Source of the DNA: Auanema rhodensis
Lineage: Eukaryota; Animalia; Nematoda
DNA: 64,000 nt
NCBI GenBank assembly: GCA_964057225.1
Contig: OZ059895.1
Location: forward strand, 3,348,001 to 3,412,000
Direction: 5' to 3'
This document shows positions 1-15,000 of this stretch, in pieces. Position 1 is the first letter of the stretch; each line of letters opens with the position of its first letter. The notes under the pieces are model-generated. The model searched no databases. It saw nothing but the letters and a program-made list of their open reading frames with translations, and was not told the origin of the DNA. A program made the position numbers and the translations under genes.

Positions 1-3000
1 GTTTGTTTTTTAAACTTTGATTAAGAACTTTGATTTTTGTACACCCATAAATTATACGCAGCACAGGTTATCCTTAAATAATGAACTGACCGACTAATAT
101 AGTAATATATCATATGTTGAACACTATGTTGGAAAGATTTTAATTCAGATTTTCTAACTTTTATTCAGTTTGTTTTTTAAACTTTGATTAAGAACTTTGA
201 TTTTCGTACACCCATAAATTATACGCAGCACAGGTTACCCTTAATTAATGAACTGACCGACTAATCAGACATGGATCTTTCCAAGTTCTGTTGCTTGAAC
301 GGATGTTTTCCTACGTAGGCTAGTAATACATGCCCTTCAAAGCATCAGAACATGTGACCACATTCCAATTTTTTTGTATCTATCTTGTAAAGATAGTAAT
401 ATATCATATGTTGAACACTATGTTGGAAAGATTTTAATTCAGATTTTTTCAACTTTCACTCAGTTTGTTTTCTAAACTTTGATTAAGAACCTTGAGTTTT
501 GTACACCCATAAATTATACGCAGCACAGGTTACCCTTAAATAATGAACTGACCGACTAATCAGACATGGATCTTTCCAAGTTCTGTTGCTTGAATGGATG
601 TTTTCCTACGTAGGCTAGTAAAACATGCCCTTCAAAGCATCAGAACATGTGACCACATTCCAATTTTTTTGTATCTATCTTGTAAAGATAGTAATATATC
701 ATATGTTGAACACTATGTTGGAAAGATTTTAATTCAGATTTTCTAACTTTTATTCAGTTTGTTTTTTAAACTTTGATTAAGAACTTTGATTTTTGTACAC
801 CCATAAATTATACGCAGCACAGGTTACCCTTAAATAATGAACTGACCGACTAATCAGACATGGATCTTTCCTAGTTCTGTTGCTTGAATGGATGTTTTCC
901 TACGTAGGCTAGTAAAACATGCCCTTCAAAGCATCAGAACATGTGATCACATTCCAATTTTTTTGTATCTATCTTGTAAAGATAGTAATATATCATATGT
1001 TGAACACTATGTTGGAAAGATTTTAATTCAGATTTACGAACTTTTATTCAGTTTGTTTTTTAAACTTTGATTAAGAACTTTGATTTTTGTACACCCATAA
1101 ATTATACGCAGCACAGGTTACCCTTAAATAATGAACTGACCGACTAATATAGTAATATATCATATGTTGAACACTATGTTGGAAAGATTTTAATTCAGAT
1201 TTTCTAACTTTTATTCAGTTTGTTTTTTAAACTTTGATTAAGAACTTTGATTTTCGTACACCCATAAATTATACGCAGCACAGGTTACCCTTAATTAATG
1301 AACTGACCGACTAATCAGACATGGATCTTTCCAAGTTCTGTTGCTTGAACGGATGTTTTCCTACGTAGGCTAGTAAAACATGCCCTTCAAAGCATCAGAA
1401 CATGTGACCACATTCCAATTTTTTTGTATCTATCTTGTAAAGATAGTAATATATCATATGTTGAACACTATGTTGGAAAGATTTTAATTCAGATTTTTTC
1501 AACTTTCACTCAGTTTGTTTTCTAAACTTTGATTAAGAACCTTGAGTTTTGTACACCCATAAATTATACGCAGCACAGGTTACCCTTAAATAATGAACTG
1601 ACCGACTAATCAGACATGGATCTTTCCAAGTTCTGTTGCTTGAATGGATGTTTTCCTACGTAGGCTAGTAAAACATGCCCTTCAAAGCATCAGAACATGT
1701 GACCACATTCCAATTTTTTTGTATCTATCTTGTAAAGATAGTAATATATCATATGTTGAACACTATGTTGGAAAGATTTTAATTCAGATTTTCTAACTTT
1801 TATTCTGTTTGTTTTTTAAACTTTGATTAAGAACTTTGATTTTTGTACACCCATAAATTATACGCAGCACAGGTTACCCTTAAATAATGAACTGACCGAC
1901 TAATCAGACATGGATCTTTCCAAGTTCTGTTGCTTGAACGGATGTTTTTCTACGTAGGCTAGTAAAACATGCCCTTCAAAGCATCAGAACATGTGATCAC
2001 ATTTCAATTTTTTTGTATCTATCTTGTAAAGATAGTAATATATCATATGTTGAACACTATGTTGGAAAGATTTTAATTCAGATTTTTTCAACTTTCACTC
2101 AGTTTGTTTTCTAAACTTTGATTAAGAACCTTGAGTTTTGTACACCCATAAATTATACGCAGCACAGGTTACCCTTAAATAATGAACTGACCGACTAATC
2201 AGACATGGATCTTTCCTAGTTCTGTTGCTTGAATGGATGTTTTCCTACGTAGGCTAGTAAAACATGCCCTTCAAAGCATCAGAACATGTGATCACATTCC
2301 AATATTTTTGTATCTATCTTGTAAAGATAGTAATATATCATATGTTGAACACTATGTTGGAAAGATTTTAATTCAGATTTTTTCAACTTTCACTCAGTTT
2401 GTTTTCTAAACTTTGATTAAGAACCTTGTTGTTTGTACACCCATAAAATATACGCAGCACAGGTTACCCTTAAATAATGAACTGACCGTCTAATCAGACA
2501 TGGATCTTCCCAAGTTCTGTTGCTTGAATGGATGTTTTCCTACGTAGGCTAGTAAAACATGCCCTTCAAAGCATCAGAACATGTGATCACATTCCAATAT
2601 TTTTGTATCTATCTTGTAAAGATAGTAATATATCATATGTTGAACACTATGTTGGAAAGATTTTAATTCAGATTTTTTCAACTTTCACTCAGTTTGTTTT
2701 CTAAACTTTGATTAAGAACCTTGAGTTTTGTACACCCATAAATTATACGCAGCACAGGTTACCCTTAAATAATGAACTGACCGACTAATCAGACATGGAT
2801 CTTTCCTAGTTCTGTTGCTTGAATGGATGTTTTCCTACGTAGGCTAGTAAAACATGCCCTTCAAAGCATCAGAACATGTGATCACATTCCAATTTTTTTG
2901 TATCTATCTTGTAAAGATAGTAATTATATCATATGTTGAACACTATGTTGGAAAGATTTTAATTCAGATTTTCTAACTTTTATTCAGTTTGTTTTTTAAA

Positions 3001-6000
3001 CTTTGATTAAGAACTTTGATTTTCGTACACCCATAAATTATACGCAGCACAGGTTACCCTTAAATAATGAACTGACCGACTAATCAGACATGGATCTTTC
3101 CTAGTTCTGTTGCTTGAATGGATGTTTTCCTACGTAGGCTAGTAAAACATGCCATTCAAAGCATCAGAACATGTGATCACATTCCAATATTTTTGTATCT
3201 ATCTTGTAAAGATAGTAATATATCATATGTTGAACACTATGTTGGAAAGATTTTAATTCAGATTTTCTAACTTTTATTCAGTTTATTTTTTAAACTTTGA
3301 TTAAGAACTTTGATTTTTGTACACCCATAAATTATACGCAGCACAGGTTACCCTTGAATAATGAACTGACCGACTAATCAGACATGGATCTTTCCTAGTT
3401 CTGTTGCTTGAATGGATGTTTTCCTACGTAGGCTAGTAAAACATGCCCTTCAAAGCATCAGAACATGTGATCACATTCCAATTTTTTTGTATCTATCTTG
3501 TAAAGATAGTAATAAACTTTGATTTTTGTACACCCATAAATTATACGCAGCACAGGTTACCCTTAAATAATGAACTGACCGACTAATCAGACATGGATCT
3601 TCCCAAGTTCTGTTGCTTGAACGGATGTTTTCCTACGTAGGCTAGTAAAACATGCCCTTCAAAGCATCAGAACATGTGATCACATTTCAATTTTTTTGTA
3701 TCTATCTTGTAAAGATAGTAATATATCATATGTTGAACACTATGTTGGAAAGATTTTAATTCAGATTTTTTCAACTTTCACTCAGTTTGTTTTCTAAACT
3801 TTGATTAAGAACCTTGTTGTTTGTACACCCATAAAATATACGCAGCACAGGTTACCCTTAAATAATGAACTGACCGTCTAATCAGACATGGATCTTCCCA
3901 AGTTCTGTTGCTTGAATGGATGTTTTCCTACGTAGGCTAGTAAAACATGCCCTTCAAAGCATCAGAACATGTGATCACATTCCAATTTTTTTGTATCTAT
4001 CTTGTAAAGATAGTAATATATCATATGTTGAACACTATGTTGGAAAGATTTTAATTCAGATTTTCTAACTTTTATTCAGTTTGTTTTTTAAACTTTGATT
4101 AAGAACTTTGATTTTTGTACACCCATAAATTATACGCAGCACAGGTTACCCTTAAATAATGAACTGACCGACTAAACAGACATGGATCTTACCTAGTTCT
4201 GTTGCTTGAATGGATGTTTTCCTACGTAGGCTAGTAAAACATGCCCTTCAAAGCATCAGAACATGTGATCACATTCCAATTTTTTTGAAATCTATCTTGT
4301 AAAGATAGTAATAAACTTTGATTTTTGTACACCCATAAATTATACGCAGCACAGGTTACCCTTAAATAATGAACTGACCGACTAATCAGACATGGATCTT
4401 TCCTAGTTCTGTTGCTTGAATGGATGTTTTCCTACGTAGGCTAGTAAAACATGCCCTTCAAAGCATCAGAACATGTGATCACATTCCAATTTTTTTGTAT
4501 CTATCTTGTAAAGATAGTAATATATCATATGTTGAACACTATGTTGGAAAGATTTTAATTCAGATTTACGAACTTTTATTCAGTTTGTTTTTTAAACTTT
4601 GATTAAGAACTTTGATTTTTGTACACCCATAAATTATACGCAGCACAGGTTATCCTTAAATAATGAACTGACCGACTAATATAGTAATATATCATATGTT
4701 GAACACTATGTTGGAAAGATTTTAATTCAGATTTTCTAACTTTTATTCAGTTTGTTTTTTAAACTTTGATTAAGAACTTTGATTTTCGTACACCCATAAA
4801 TTATACGCAGCACAGGTTACCCTTAATTAATGAACTGACCGACTAATCAGACATGGATCTTTCCAAGTTCTGTTGCTTGAACGGATGTTTTCCTACGTAG
4901 GCTAGTAATACATGCCCTTCAAAGCATCAGAACATGTGACCACATTCCAATTTTTTTGTATCTATCTTGTAAAGATAGTAATATATCATATGTTGAACAC
5001 TATGTTGGAAAGATTTTAATTCAGATTTTTTCAACTTTCACTCAGTTTGTTTTCTAAACTTTGATTAAGAACCTTGAGTTTTGTACACCCATAAATTATA
5101 CGCAGCACAGGTTACCCTTAAATAATGAACTGACCGACTAATCAGACATGGATCTTTCCAAGTTCTGTTGCTTGAATGGATGTTTTCCTACGTAGGCTAG
5201 TAAAACATGCCCTTCAAAGCATCAGAACATGTGACCACATTCCAATTTTTTTGTATCTATCTTGTAAAGATAGTAATATATCATATGTTGAACACTATGT
5301 TGGAAAGATTTTAATTCAGATTTTCTAACTTTTATTCAGTTTGTTTTTTAAACTTTGATTAAGAACTTTGATTTTTGTACACCCATAAATTATACGCAGC
5401 ACAGGTTACCCTTAAATAATGAACTGACCGACTAATCAGACATGGATCTTTCCTAGTTCTGTTGCTTGAATGGATGTTTTCCTACGTAGGCTAGTAAAAC
5501 ATGCCCTTCAAAGCATCAGAACATGTGATCACATTCCAATTTTTTTGTATCTATCTTGTAAAGATAGTAATATATCATATGTTGAACACTATGTTGGAAA
5601 GATTTTAATTCAGATTTACGAACTTTTATTCAGTTTGTTTTTTAAACTTTGATTAAGAACTTTGATTTTTGTACACCCATAAATTATACGCAGCACAGGT
5701 TACCCTTAAATAATGAACTGACCGACTAATATAGTAATATATCATATGTTGAACACTATGTTGGAAAGATTTTAATTCAGATTTTCTAACTTTTATTCAG
5801 TTTGTTTTTTAAACTTTGATTAAGAACTTTGATTTTCGTACACCCATAAATTATACGCAGCACAGGTTACCCTTAATTAATGAACTGACCGACTAATCAG
5901 ACATGGATCTTTCCAAGTTCTGTTGCTTGAACGGATGTTTTCCTACGTAGGCTAGTAAAACATGCCCTTCAAAGCATCAGAACATGTGACCACATTCCAA

Positions 6001-9000
6001 TTTTTTTGTATCTATCTTGTAAAGATAGTAATATATCATATGTTGAACACTATGTTGGAAAGATTTTAATTCAGATTTTTTCAACTTTCACTCAGTTTGT
6101 TTTCTAAACTTTGATTAAGAACCTTGAGTTTTGTACACCCATAAATTATACGCAGCACAGGTTACCCTTAAATAATGAACTGACCGACTAATCAGACATG
6201 GATCTTTCCAAGTTCTGTTGCTTGAATGGATGTTTTCCTACGTAGGCTAGTAAAACATGCCCTTCAAAGCATCAGAACATGTGACCACATTCCAATTTTT
6301 TTGTATCTATCTTGTAAAGATAGTAATATATCATATGTTGAACACTATGTTGGAAAGATTTTAATTCAGATTTTCTAACTTTTATTCTGTTTGTTTTTTA
6401 AACTTTGATTAAGAACTTTGATTTTTGTACACCCATAAATTATACGCAGCACAGGTTACCCTTAAATAATGAACTGACCGACTAATCAGACATGGATCTT
6501 TCCTAGTTCTGTTGCTTGAATGGATGTTTTCCTACGTAGGCTAGTAAAACATGCCCTTCAAAGCATCAGAACATGTGATCACATTTCAATTTTTTTGTAT
6601 CTATCTTGTAAAGATAGTAATATATCATATGTTGAACACTATGTTGGAAAGATTTTAATTCAGATTTTTTCAACTTTCACTCAGTTTGTTTTCTAAACTT
6701 TGATTAAGAACCTTGTTGTTTGTACACCCATAAAATATACGCAGCACAGGTTACCCTTAAATAATGAACTGACCGTCTAATCAGACATGGATCTTCCCAA
6801 GTTCTGTTGCTTGAATGGATGTTTTCCTACGTAGGCTAGTAAAACATGCCCTTCAAAGCATCAGAACATGTGATCACATTCCAATTTTTTTGTATCTATC
6901 TTGTAAAGATAGTAATATATCATATGTTGAACACTATGTTTGAAAGATTTTAATTCAGATTTTCTAACTTTTATTCAGTTTGTTTTTTAAACTTTGATTA
7001 AGAACTTTGATTTTTGTACACCCATAAATTATACGCAGCACAGGTTACCCTTAAATAATGAACTGACCGACTAATCAGACATGGATCTTTCCTAGTTCTG
7101 TTGCTTGAATGGATGTTTTCCTACGTAGGCTAGTAAAACATGCCCTTCAAAGCATCAGAACATGTGACCACATTCCAATTTTTTTGTATCTATCTTGTAA
7201 AGATAGTAATATATCAAATGTTGAACACTATGTTGGAAAGATTTTAATTCAGATTTTCTAACTTTTATTCAGTTTGTTTTTTAAACTTTGATTAAGAACT
7301 TTGATTTTTGTACACCCATAAATTATACGCAGCACAGGTTACCCTTAAATAATGAACTGACCGACTAATCAGACATGGATCTTTCCTAGTTCTGTTGCTT
7401 GAATGGATGTTTTCCTACGTAGGCTAGTAAAACATGCCCTTCAAAGCATCAGAACATGTGACCACATTCCAATTTTTTTGTATCTATCTTGTAAAGATAG
7501 TAATATATCATATGTTGAACACTATGTTGGAAAGATTTTAATTCAGATTTTCTAACTTTTATTCAGTTTGTTTTTTAAACTTTGATTAAGAACTTTGATT
7601 TTTGTACACCCATAAATTATACGCAGCACAGGTTACCCTTAAATAATGAACTGACCGACTAATCAGACATGGATCTTTCCTAGTTCTGTTGCTTGAATGG
7701 ATGTTTTCCTACGTAGGCTAGTAAAACATGCCCTTCAAAGCATCAGAACATGTGATCACATTCCAATTTTTTTGAAATCTATCTTGTAAAGATAGTAATA
7801 AACTTTGATTTTTGTACACCCATAAATTATACGCAGCACAGGTTACCCTTAAATAATGAACTGACCGACTAATCAGACATGGATCTTTCCTAGTTCTGTT
7901 GCTTGAATGGATGTTTTCCTACGTAGGCTAGTAAAACATGCCCTTCAAAGCATCAGAACATGTGATCACATTCCAATTTTTTTGTATCTATCTTGTAAAG
8001 ATAGTAATATATCATATGTTGAACACTATGTTGGAAAGATTTTAATTCAGATTTACGAACTTTTATTCAGTTTGTTTTTTAAACTTTGATTAAGAACTTT
8101 GATTTTTGTACACCCATAAATTATACGCAGCACAGGTTACCCTTAAATAATGAACTGACCGACTAATATAGTAATATATCATATGTTGAACACTATGTTG
8201 GAAAGATTTTAATTCAGATTTTCTAACTTTTATTCAGTTTGTTTTTTAAACTTTGATTAAGAACTTTGATTTTCGTACACCCATAAATTATACGCAGCAC
8301 AGGTTACCCTTAATTAATGAACTGACCGACTAATCAGACATGGATCTTTCCAAGTTCTGTTGCTTGAACGGATGTTTTCCTACGTAGGCTAGTAAAACAT
8401 GCCCTTCAAAGCATCAGAACATGTGACCACATTCCAATTTTTTTGTATCTATCTTGTAAAGATAGTAATATATCATATGTTGAACACTATGTTGGAAAGA
8501 TTTTAATTCAGATTTCTTCAACTTTCACTCAGTTTGTTTTCTAAACTTTGATTAAGAACCTTGAGTTTTGTACACCCATAAATTATACGCAGCACAGGTT
8601 ACCCTTAAATAATGAACTGACCGACTAATCAGACATGGATCTTTCCAAGTTCTGTTGCTTGAATGGATGTTTTCCTACGTAGGCTAGTAAAACATGCCCT
8701 TCAAAGCATCAGAACATGTGACCACATTCCAATTTTTTTGTATCTATCTTGTAAAGATAGTAATATATCATATGTTGAACACTATGTTGGAAAGATTTTA
8801 ATTCAGATTTTCTAACTTTTATTCTGTTTGTTTTTTAAACTTTGATTAAGAACTTTGATTTTTGTACACCCATAAATTATACGCAGCACAGGTTACCCTT
8901 AAATAATGAACTGACCGACTAATCAGACATGGATCTTTCCTAGTTCTGTTGCTTGAATGGATGTTTTCCTACGTAGGCTAGTAAAACATGCCCTTCAAAG

Positions 9001-12000
9001 CATCAGAACATGTGATCACATTTCAATTTTTTTGTATCTATCTTGTAAAGATAGTAATATATCATATGTTGAACACTATGTTGGAAAGATTTTAATTCAG
9101 ATTTTCTAACTTTTATTCAGTTTGTTTTTTAAACTTTGATTAAGAACTTTGATTTTTGTACACCCATAAATTATACGCAGCACAGGTTACCCTTAAATAA
9201 TGAACTGACCGACTAATCAGACATGGATCTTTCCTAGTTCTGTTGCTTGAATGGATGTTTTCCTACGTAGGCTAGTAAAACATGCCCTTCAAAGCATCAG
9301 AACATGTGATCACATTCCAATTTTTTTGAAATCTATCTTGTAAAGATAGTAATAAACTTTGATTTTTGTACACCCATAAATTATACGCAGCACAGGTTAC
9401 CCTTAAATAATGAACTGACCGACTAATCAGACATGGATCTTTCCTAGTTCTGTTGCTTGAATGGATGTTTTCCTACGTAGGCTAGTAAAACATGCCCTTC
9501 AAAGCATCAGAACATGTGATCACATTCCAATTTTTTTGTATCTATCTTGTAAAGATAGTAATATATCATATGTTGAACACTATGTTGGAAAGATTTTAAT
9601 TCAGATTTACGAACTTTTATTCAGTTTGTTTTTTAAACTTTGATTAAGAACTTTGATTTTTGTACACCCATAAATTATACGCAGCACAGGTTACCCTTAA
9701 ATAATGAACTGACCGACTAATATAGTAATATATCATATGTTGAACACTATGTTGGAAAGATTTTAATTCAGATTTTCTAACTTTTATTCAGTTTGTTTTT
9801 TAAACTTTGATTAAGAACTTTGATTTTCGTACACCCATAAATTATACGCAGCACAGGTTACCCTTAATTAATGAACTGACCGACTAATCAGACATGGATC
9901 TTTCCAAGTTCTGTTGCTTGAACGGATGTTTTCCTACGTAGGCTAGTAAAACATGCCCTTCAAAGCATCAGAACATGTGACCACATTCCAATTTTTTTGT
10001 ATCTATCTTGTAAAGATAGTAATATATCATATGTTGAACACTATGTTGGAAAGATTTTAATTCAGATTTTTTCAACTTTCACTCAGTTTGTTTTCTAAAC
10101 TTTGATTAAGAACCTTGAGTTTTGTACACCCATAAATTATACGCAGCACAGGTTACCCTTAAATAATGAACTGACCGACTAATCAGACATGGATCTTTCC
10201 AAGTTCTGTTGCTTGAATGGATGTTTTCCTACGTAGGCTAGTAAAACATGCCCTTCAAAGCATCAGAACATGTGACCACATTCCAATTTTTTTGTATCTA
10301 TCTTGTAAAGATAGTAATATATCATATGTTGAACACTATGTTGGAAAGATTTTAATTCAGATTTTCTAACTTTTATTCTGTTTGTTTTTTAAACTTTGAT
10401 TAAGAACTTTGATTTTTGTACACCCATAAATTATACGCAGCACAGGTTACCCTTAAATAATGAACTGACCGACTAATCAGACATGGATCTTTCCTAGTTC
10501 TGTTGCTTGAATGGATGTTTTCCTACGTAGGCTAGTAAAACATGCCCTTCAAAGCATCAGAACATGTGATCACATTCCAATATTTTTGTATCTATCTTGT
10601 AAAGATAGTAATATATCATATGTTGAACACTATGTTGGAAAGATTTTAATTCAGATTTTCTAACTTTTATTCAGTTTGTTTTTTAAATTTTGATTAAGAA
10701 CTTTGATTTTTGTACACCCATAAATTATACGCAGCACAGGTTACCCTTGAATAATGAACTGACCGACTAATCAGACATGGATCTTTCCTAGTTCTGTTGC
10801 TTGAATGGATGTTTTCCTATGTAGGCTAGTAAAACATGCCCTTCAAAGCATCAGAACATGTGATCACATTCCATTTTTTTTGTATCTATCTTGTAAAGAT
10901 AGTAATAAACTTTGATTTTTGTACACCCATAAATTATACGCAGCACAGGTTACCCTTAAATAATGAACTGACCGACTAATCAGACATGGATCTTTCCAAG
11001 TTCTGTTGCTTGAACGGATGTTTTCCTACGTAGGCTAGTAAAACATGCCCTTCAAAGCATCAGAACATGTGATCACATTTCAATTTTTTTGTATCTATCT
11101 TGTAAAGATAGTAATATATCATATGTTGAACACTATGTTGGAAAGATTTTAATTCAGATTTTTTTCCACTTTCACTCAGTTTGTTTTCTAAACTTTGATT
11201 AAGAACCTTGTTGTTTGTACACCCATAAAATATACGCAGCACAGGTTACCCTTAAATAATGAACTGACCGTCTAATCAGACATGGATCTTCCCAAGTTCT
11301 GTTGCTTGAATGGATGTTTTCCTACGTAGGCTAGTAAAACATGCCCTTCAAAGCATCAGAACATGTGATCACATTCCAATTTTTTTGTATCTATCTTGTA
11401 AAGATAGTAATATATCATATGTTGAACACTATGTTTGAAAGATTTTAATTCAGATTTTCTAACTTTTATTCAGTTTGTTTTTTAAACTTTGATTAAGAAC
11501 TTTGATTTTTGTACACCCATAAATTATACGCAGCACAGGTTACCCTTAAATAATGAACTGACCGACTAATCAGACATGGATCTTTCCAAGTTCTGTTGCT
11601 TGAATGGATGTTTTCCTACGTAGGCTAGTAAAACATGCCCTTCAAAGCATCAGAACATGTGACCACATTCCAATTTTTTTGTATCTATCTTGTAAAGATA
11701 GTAATATATCATATGTTGAACACTATGTTGGAAAGATTTTAATTCAGATTTTCTAACTTTTATTCAGTTTGTTTTTTAAACTTTGATTAAGAACTTTGAT
11801 TTTTGTACACCCATAAATTATACGCAGCACAGGTTACCCTTAAATAATGAACTGACCGACTAATCAGACATGGATCTTTCCTAGTTCTGTTGCTTGAATG
11901 GATGTTTTCCTACGTAGGCTAGTAAAACATGCCCTTCAAAGCATCAGAACATGTGATCACATTCCAATTTTTTTGTATCTATCTTGTAAAGATAGTAATA

Positions 12001-15000
12001 TATCATATGTTGAACACTATGTTGGAAAGATTTTAATTCAGATTTACGAACTTTTATTCAGTTTGTTTTTTAAACTTTGATTAAGAACTTTGATTTTTGT
12101 ACACCCATAAATTATACGCAGCACAGGTTACCCTTAAATAATGAACTGACCGACTAATATAGTAATATATCATATGTTGAACACTATGTTGGAAAGATTT
12201 TAATTCAGATTTTCTAACTTTTATTCAGTTTGTTTTTTAAACTTTGATTAAGAACTTTGATTTTCGTACACCCATAAATTATACGCAGCACAGGTTACCC
12301 TTAATTAATGAACTGACCGACTAATCAGACATGGATCTTTCCAAGTTCTGTTGCTTGAACGGATGTTTTCCTACGTAGGCTAGTAAAACATGCCCTTCAA
12401 AGCATCAGAACATGTGACCACATTCCAATTTTTTTGTATCTATCTTGTAAAGATAGTAATATATCATATGTTGAACACTATGTTGGAAAGATTTTAATTC
12501 AGATTTTTTCAACTTTCACTCAGTTTGTTTTCTAAACTTTGATTAAGAACCTTGAGTTTTGTACACCCATAAATTATACGCAGCACAGGTTACCCTTAAA
12601 TAATGAACTGACCGACTAATCAGACATGGATCTTTCCAAGTTCTGTTGCTTGAATGGATGTTTTCCTACGTAGGCTAGTAAAACATGCCCTTCAAAGCAT
12701 CAGAACATGTGACCACATTCCAATTTTTTTGTATCTATCTTGTAAAGATAGTAATATATCATATGTTGAACACTATGTTGGAAAGATTTTAATTCAGATT
12801 TTTTCAACTTTCACTCAGTTTGTTTTCTAAACTTTGATTAAGAACCTTGAGTTTTGTACACCCATAAATTATACGCAGCACAGGTTACCCTTAAATAATG
12901 AACTGACCGACTAATCAGACATGGATCTTTCCAAGTTCTGTTGCTTGAATGGATGTTTTCCTACGTAGGCTAGTAAAACATGCCCTTCAAAGCATCAGAA
13001 CATGTGACCACATTCCAATTTTTTTGTATCTATCTTGTAAAGATAGTAATATATCATATGTTGAACACTATGTTGGAAAGATTTTAATTCAGATTTTCTA
13101 ACTTTTATTCTGTTTGTTTTTTAAACTTTGATTAAGAACTTTGATTTTTGTACACCCATAAATTATACGCAGCACAGGTTACCCTTAAATAATGAACTGA
13201 CCGTCTAATCAGACATGGATCTTCCCAAGTTCTGTTGCTTGAATGGATGTTTTCCTACGTAGGCTAGTAAAACATGCCCTTCAAAGCATCAGAACATGTG
13301 ATCACATTCCAATTTTTTTGTATCTATCTTGTAAAGATAGTAATATATCATATGTTGAACACTATGTTTGAAAGATTTTAATTCAGATTTTCTAACTTTT
13401 ATTCAGTTTGTTTTTTAAACTTTGATTAAGAACTTTGATTTTTGTACACCCATAAATTATACGCAGCACAGGTTACCCTTAAATAATGAACTGACCGACT
13501 AATCAGACATGGATCTTTCCTAGTTCTGTTGCTTGAATGGATGTTTTCCTACGTAGGCTAGTAAAACATGCCCTTCAAAGCATCAGAACATGTGACCACA
13601 TTCCAATTTTTTTGTATCTATCTTGTAAAGATAGTAATATATCAAATGTTGAACACTATGTTGGAAAGATTTTAATTCAGATTTTCTAACTTTTATTCAG
13701 TTTGTTTTTTAAACTTTGATTAAGAACTTTGATTTTTGTACACCCATAAATTATACGCAGCACAGGTTACCCTTAAATAATGAACTGACCGACTAATCAG
13801 ACATGGATCTTTCCTAGTTCTGTTGCTTGAATGGATGTTTTCCTACGTAGGCTAGTAAAACATGCCCTTCAAAGCATCAGAACATGTGACCACATTCCAA
13901 TTTTTTTGTATCTATCTTGTAAAGATAGTAATATATCATATGTTGAACACTATGTTGGAAAGATTTTAATTCAGATTTTCTAACTTTTATTCAGTTTGTT
14001 TTTTAAACTTTGATTAAGAACTTTGATTTTTGTACACCCATAAATTATACGCAGCACAGGTTACCCTTAAATAATGAACTGACCGACTAATCAGACATGG
14101 ATCTTTCCTAGTTCTGTTGCTTGAATGGATGTTTTCCTACGTAGGCTAGTAAAACATGCCCTTCAAAGCATCAGAACATGTGATCACATTCCAATTTTTT
14201 TGAAATCTATCTTGTAAAGATAGTAATAAACTTTGATTTTTGTACACCCATAAATTATACGCAGCACAGGTTACCCTTAAATAATGAACTGACCGACTAA
14301 TCAGACATGGATCTTTCCTAGTTCTGTTGCTTGAATGGATGTTTTCCTACGTAGGCTAGTAAAACATGCCCTTCAAAGCATCAGAACATGTGATCACATT
14401 CCAATTTTTTTGTATCTATCTTGTAAAGATAGTAATATATCATATGTTGAACACTATGTTGGAAAGATTTTAATTCAGATTTACGAACTTTTATTCAGTT
14501 TGTTTTTTAAACTTTGATTAAGAACTTTGATTTTTGTACACCCATAAATTATACGCAGCACAGGTTACCCTTAAATAATGAACTGACCGACTAATATAGT
14601 AATATATCATATGTTGAACACTATGTTGGAAAGATTTTAATTCAGATTTTCTAACTTTTATTCAGTTTGTTTTTTAAACTTTGATTAAGAACTTTGATTT
14701 TCGTACACCCATAAATTATACGCAGCACAGGTTACCCTTAATTAATGAACTGACCGACTAATCAGACATGGATCTTTCCAAGTTCTGTTGCTTGAACGGA
14801 TGTTTTCCTACGTAGGCTAGTAAAACATGCCCTTCAAAGCATCAGAACATGTGACCACATTCCAATTTTTTTGTATCTATCTTGTAAAGATAGTAATATA
14901 TCATATGTTGAACACTATGTTGGAAAGATTTTAATTCAGATTTTTTCAACTTTCACTCAGTTTGTTTTCTAAACTTTGATTAAGAACCTTGAGTTTTGTA

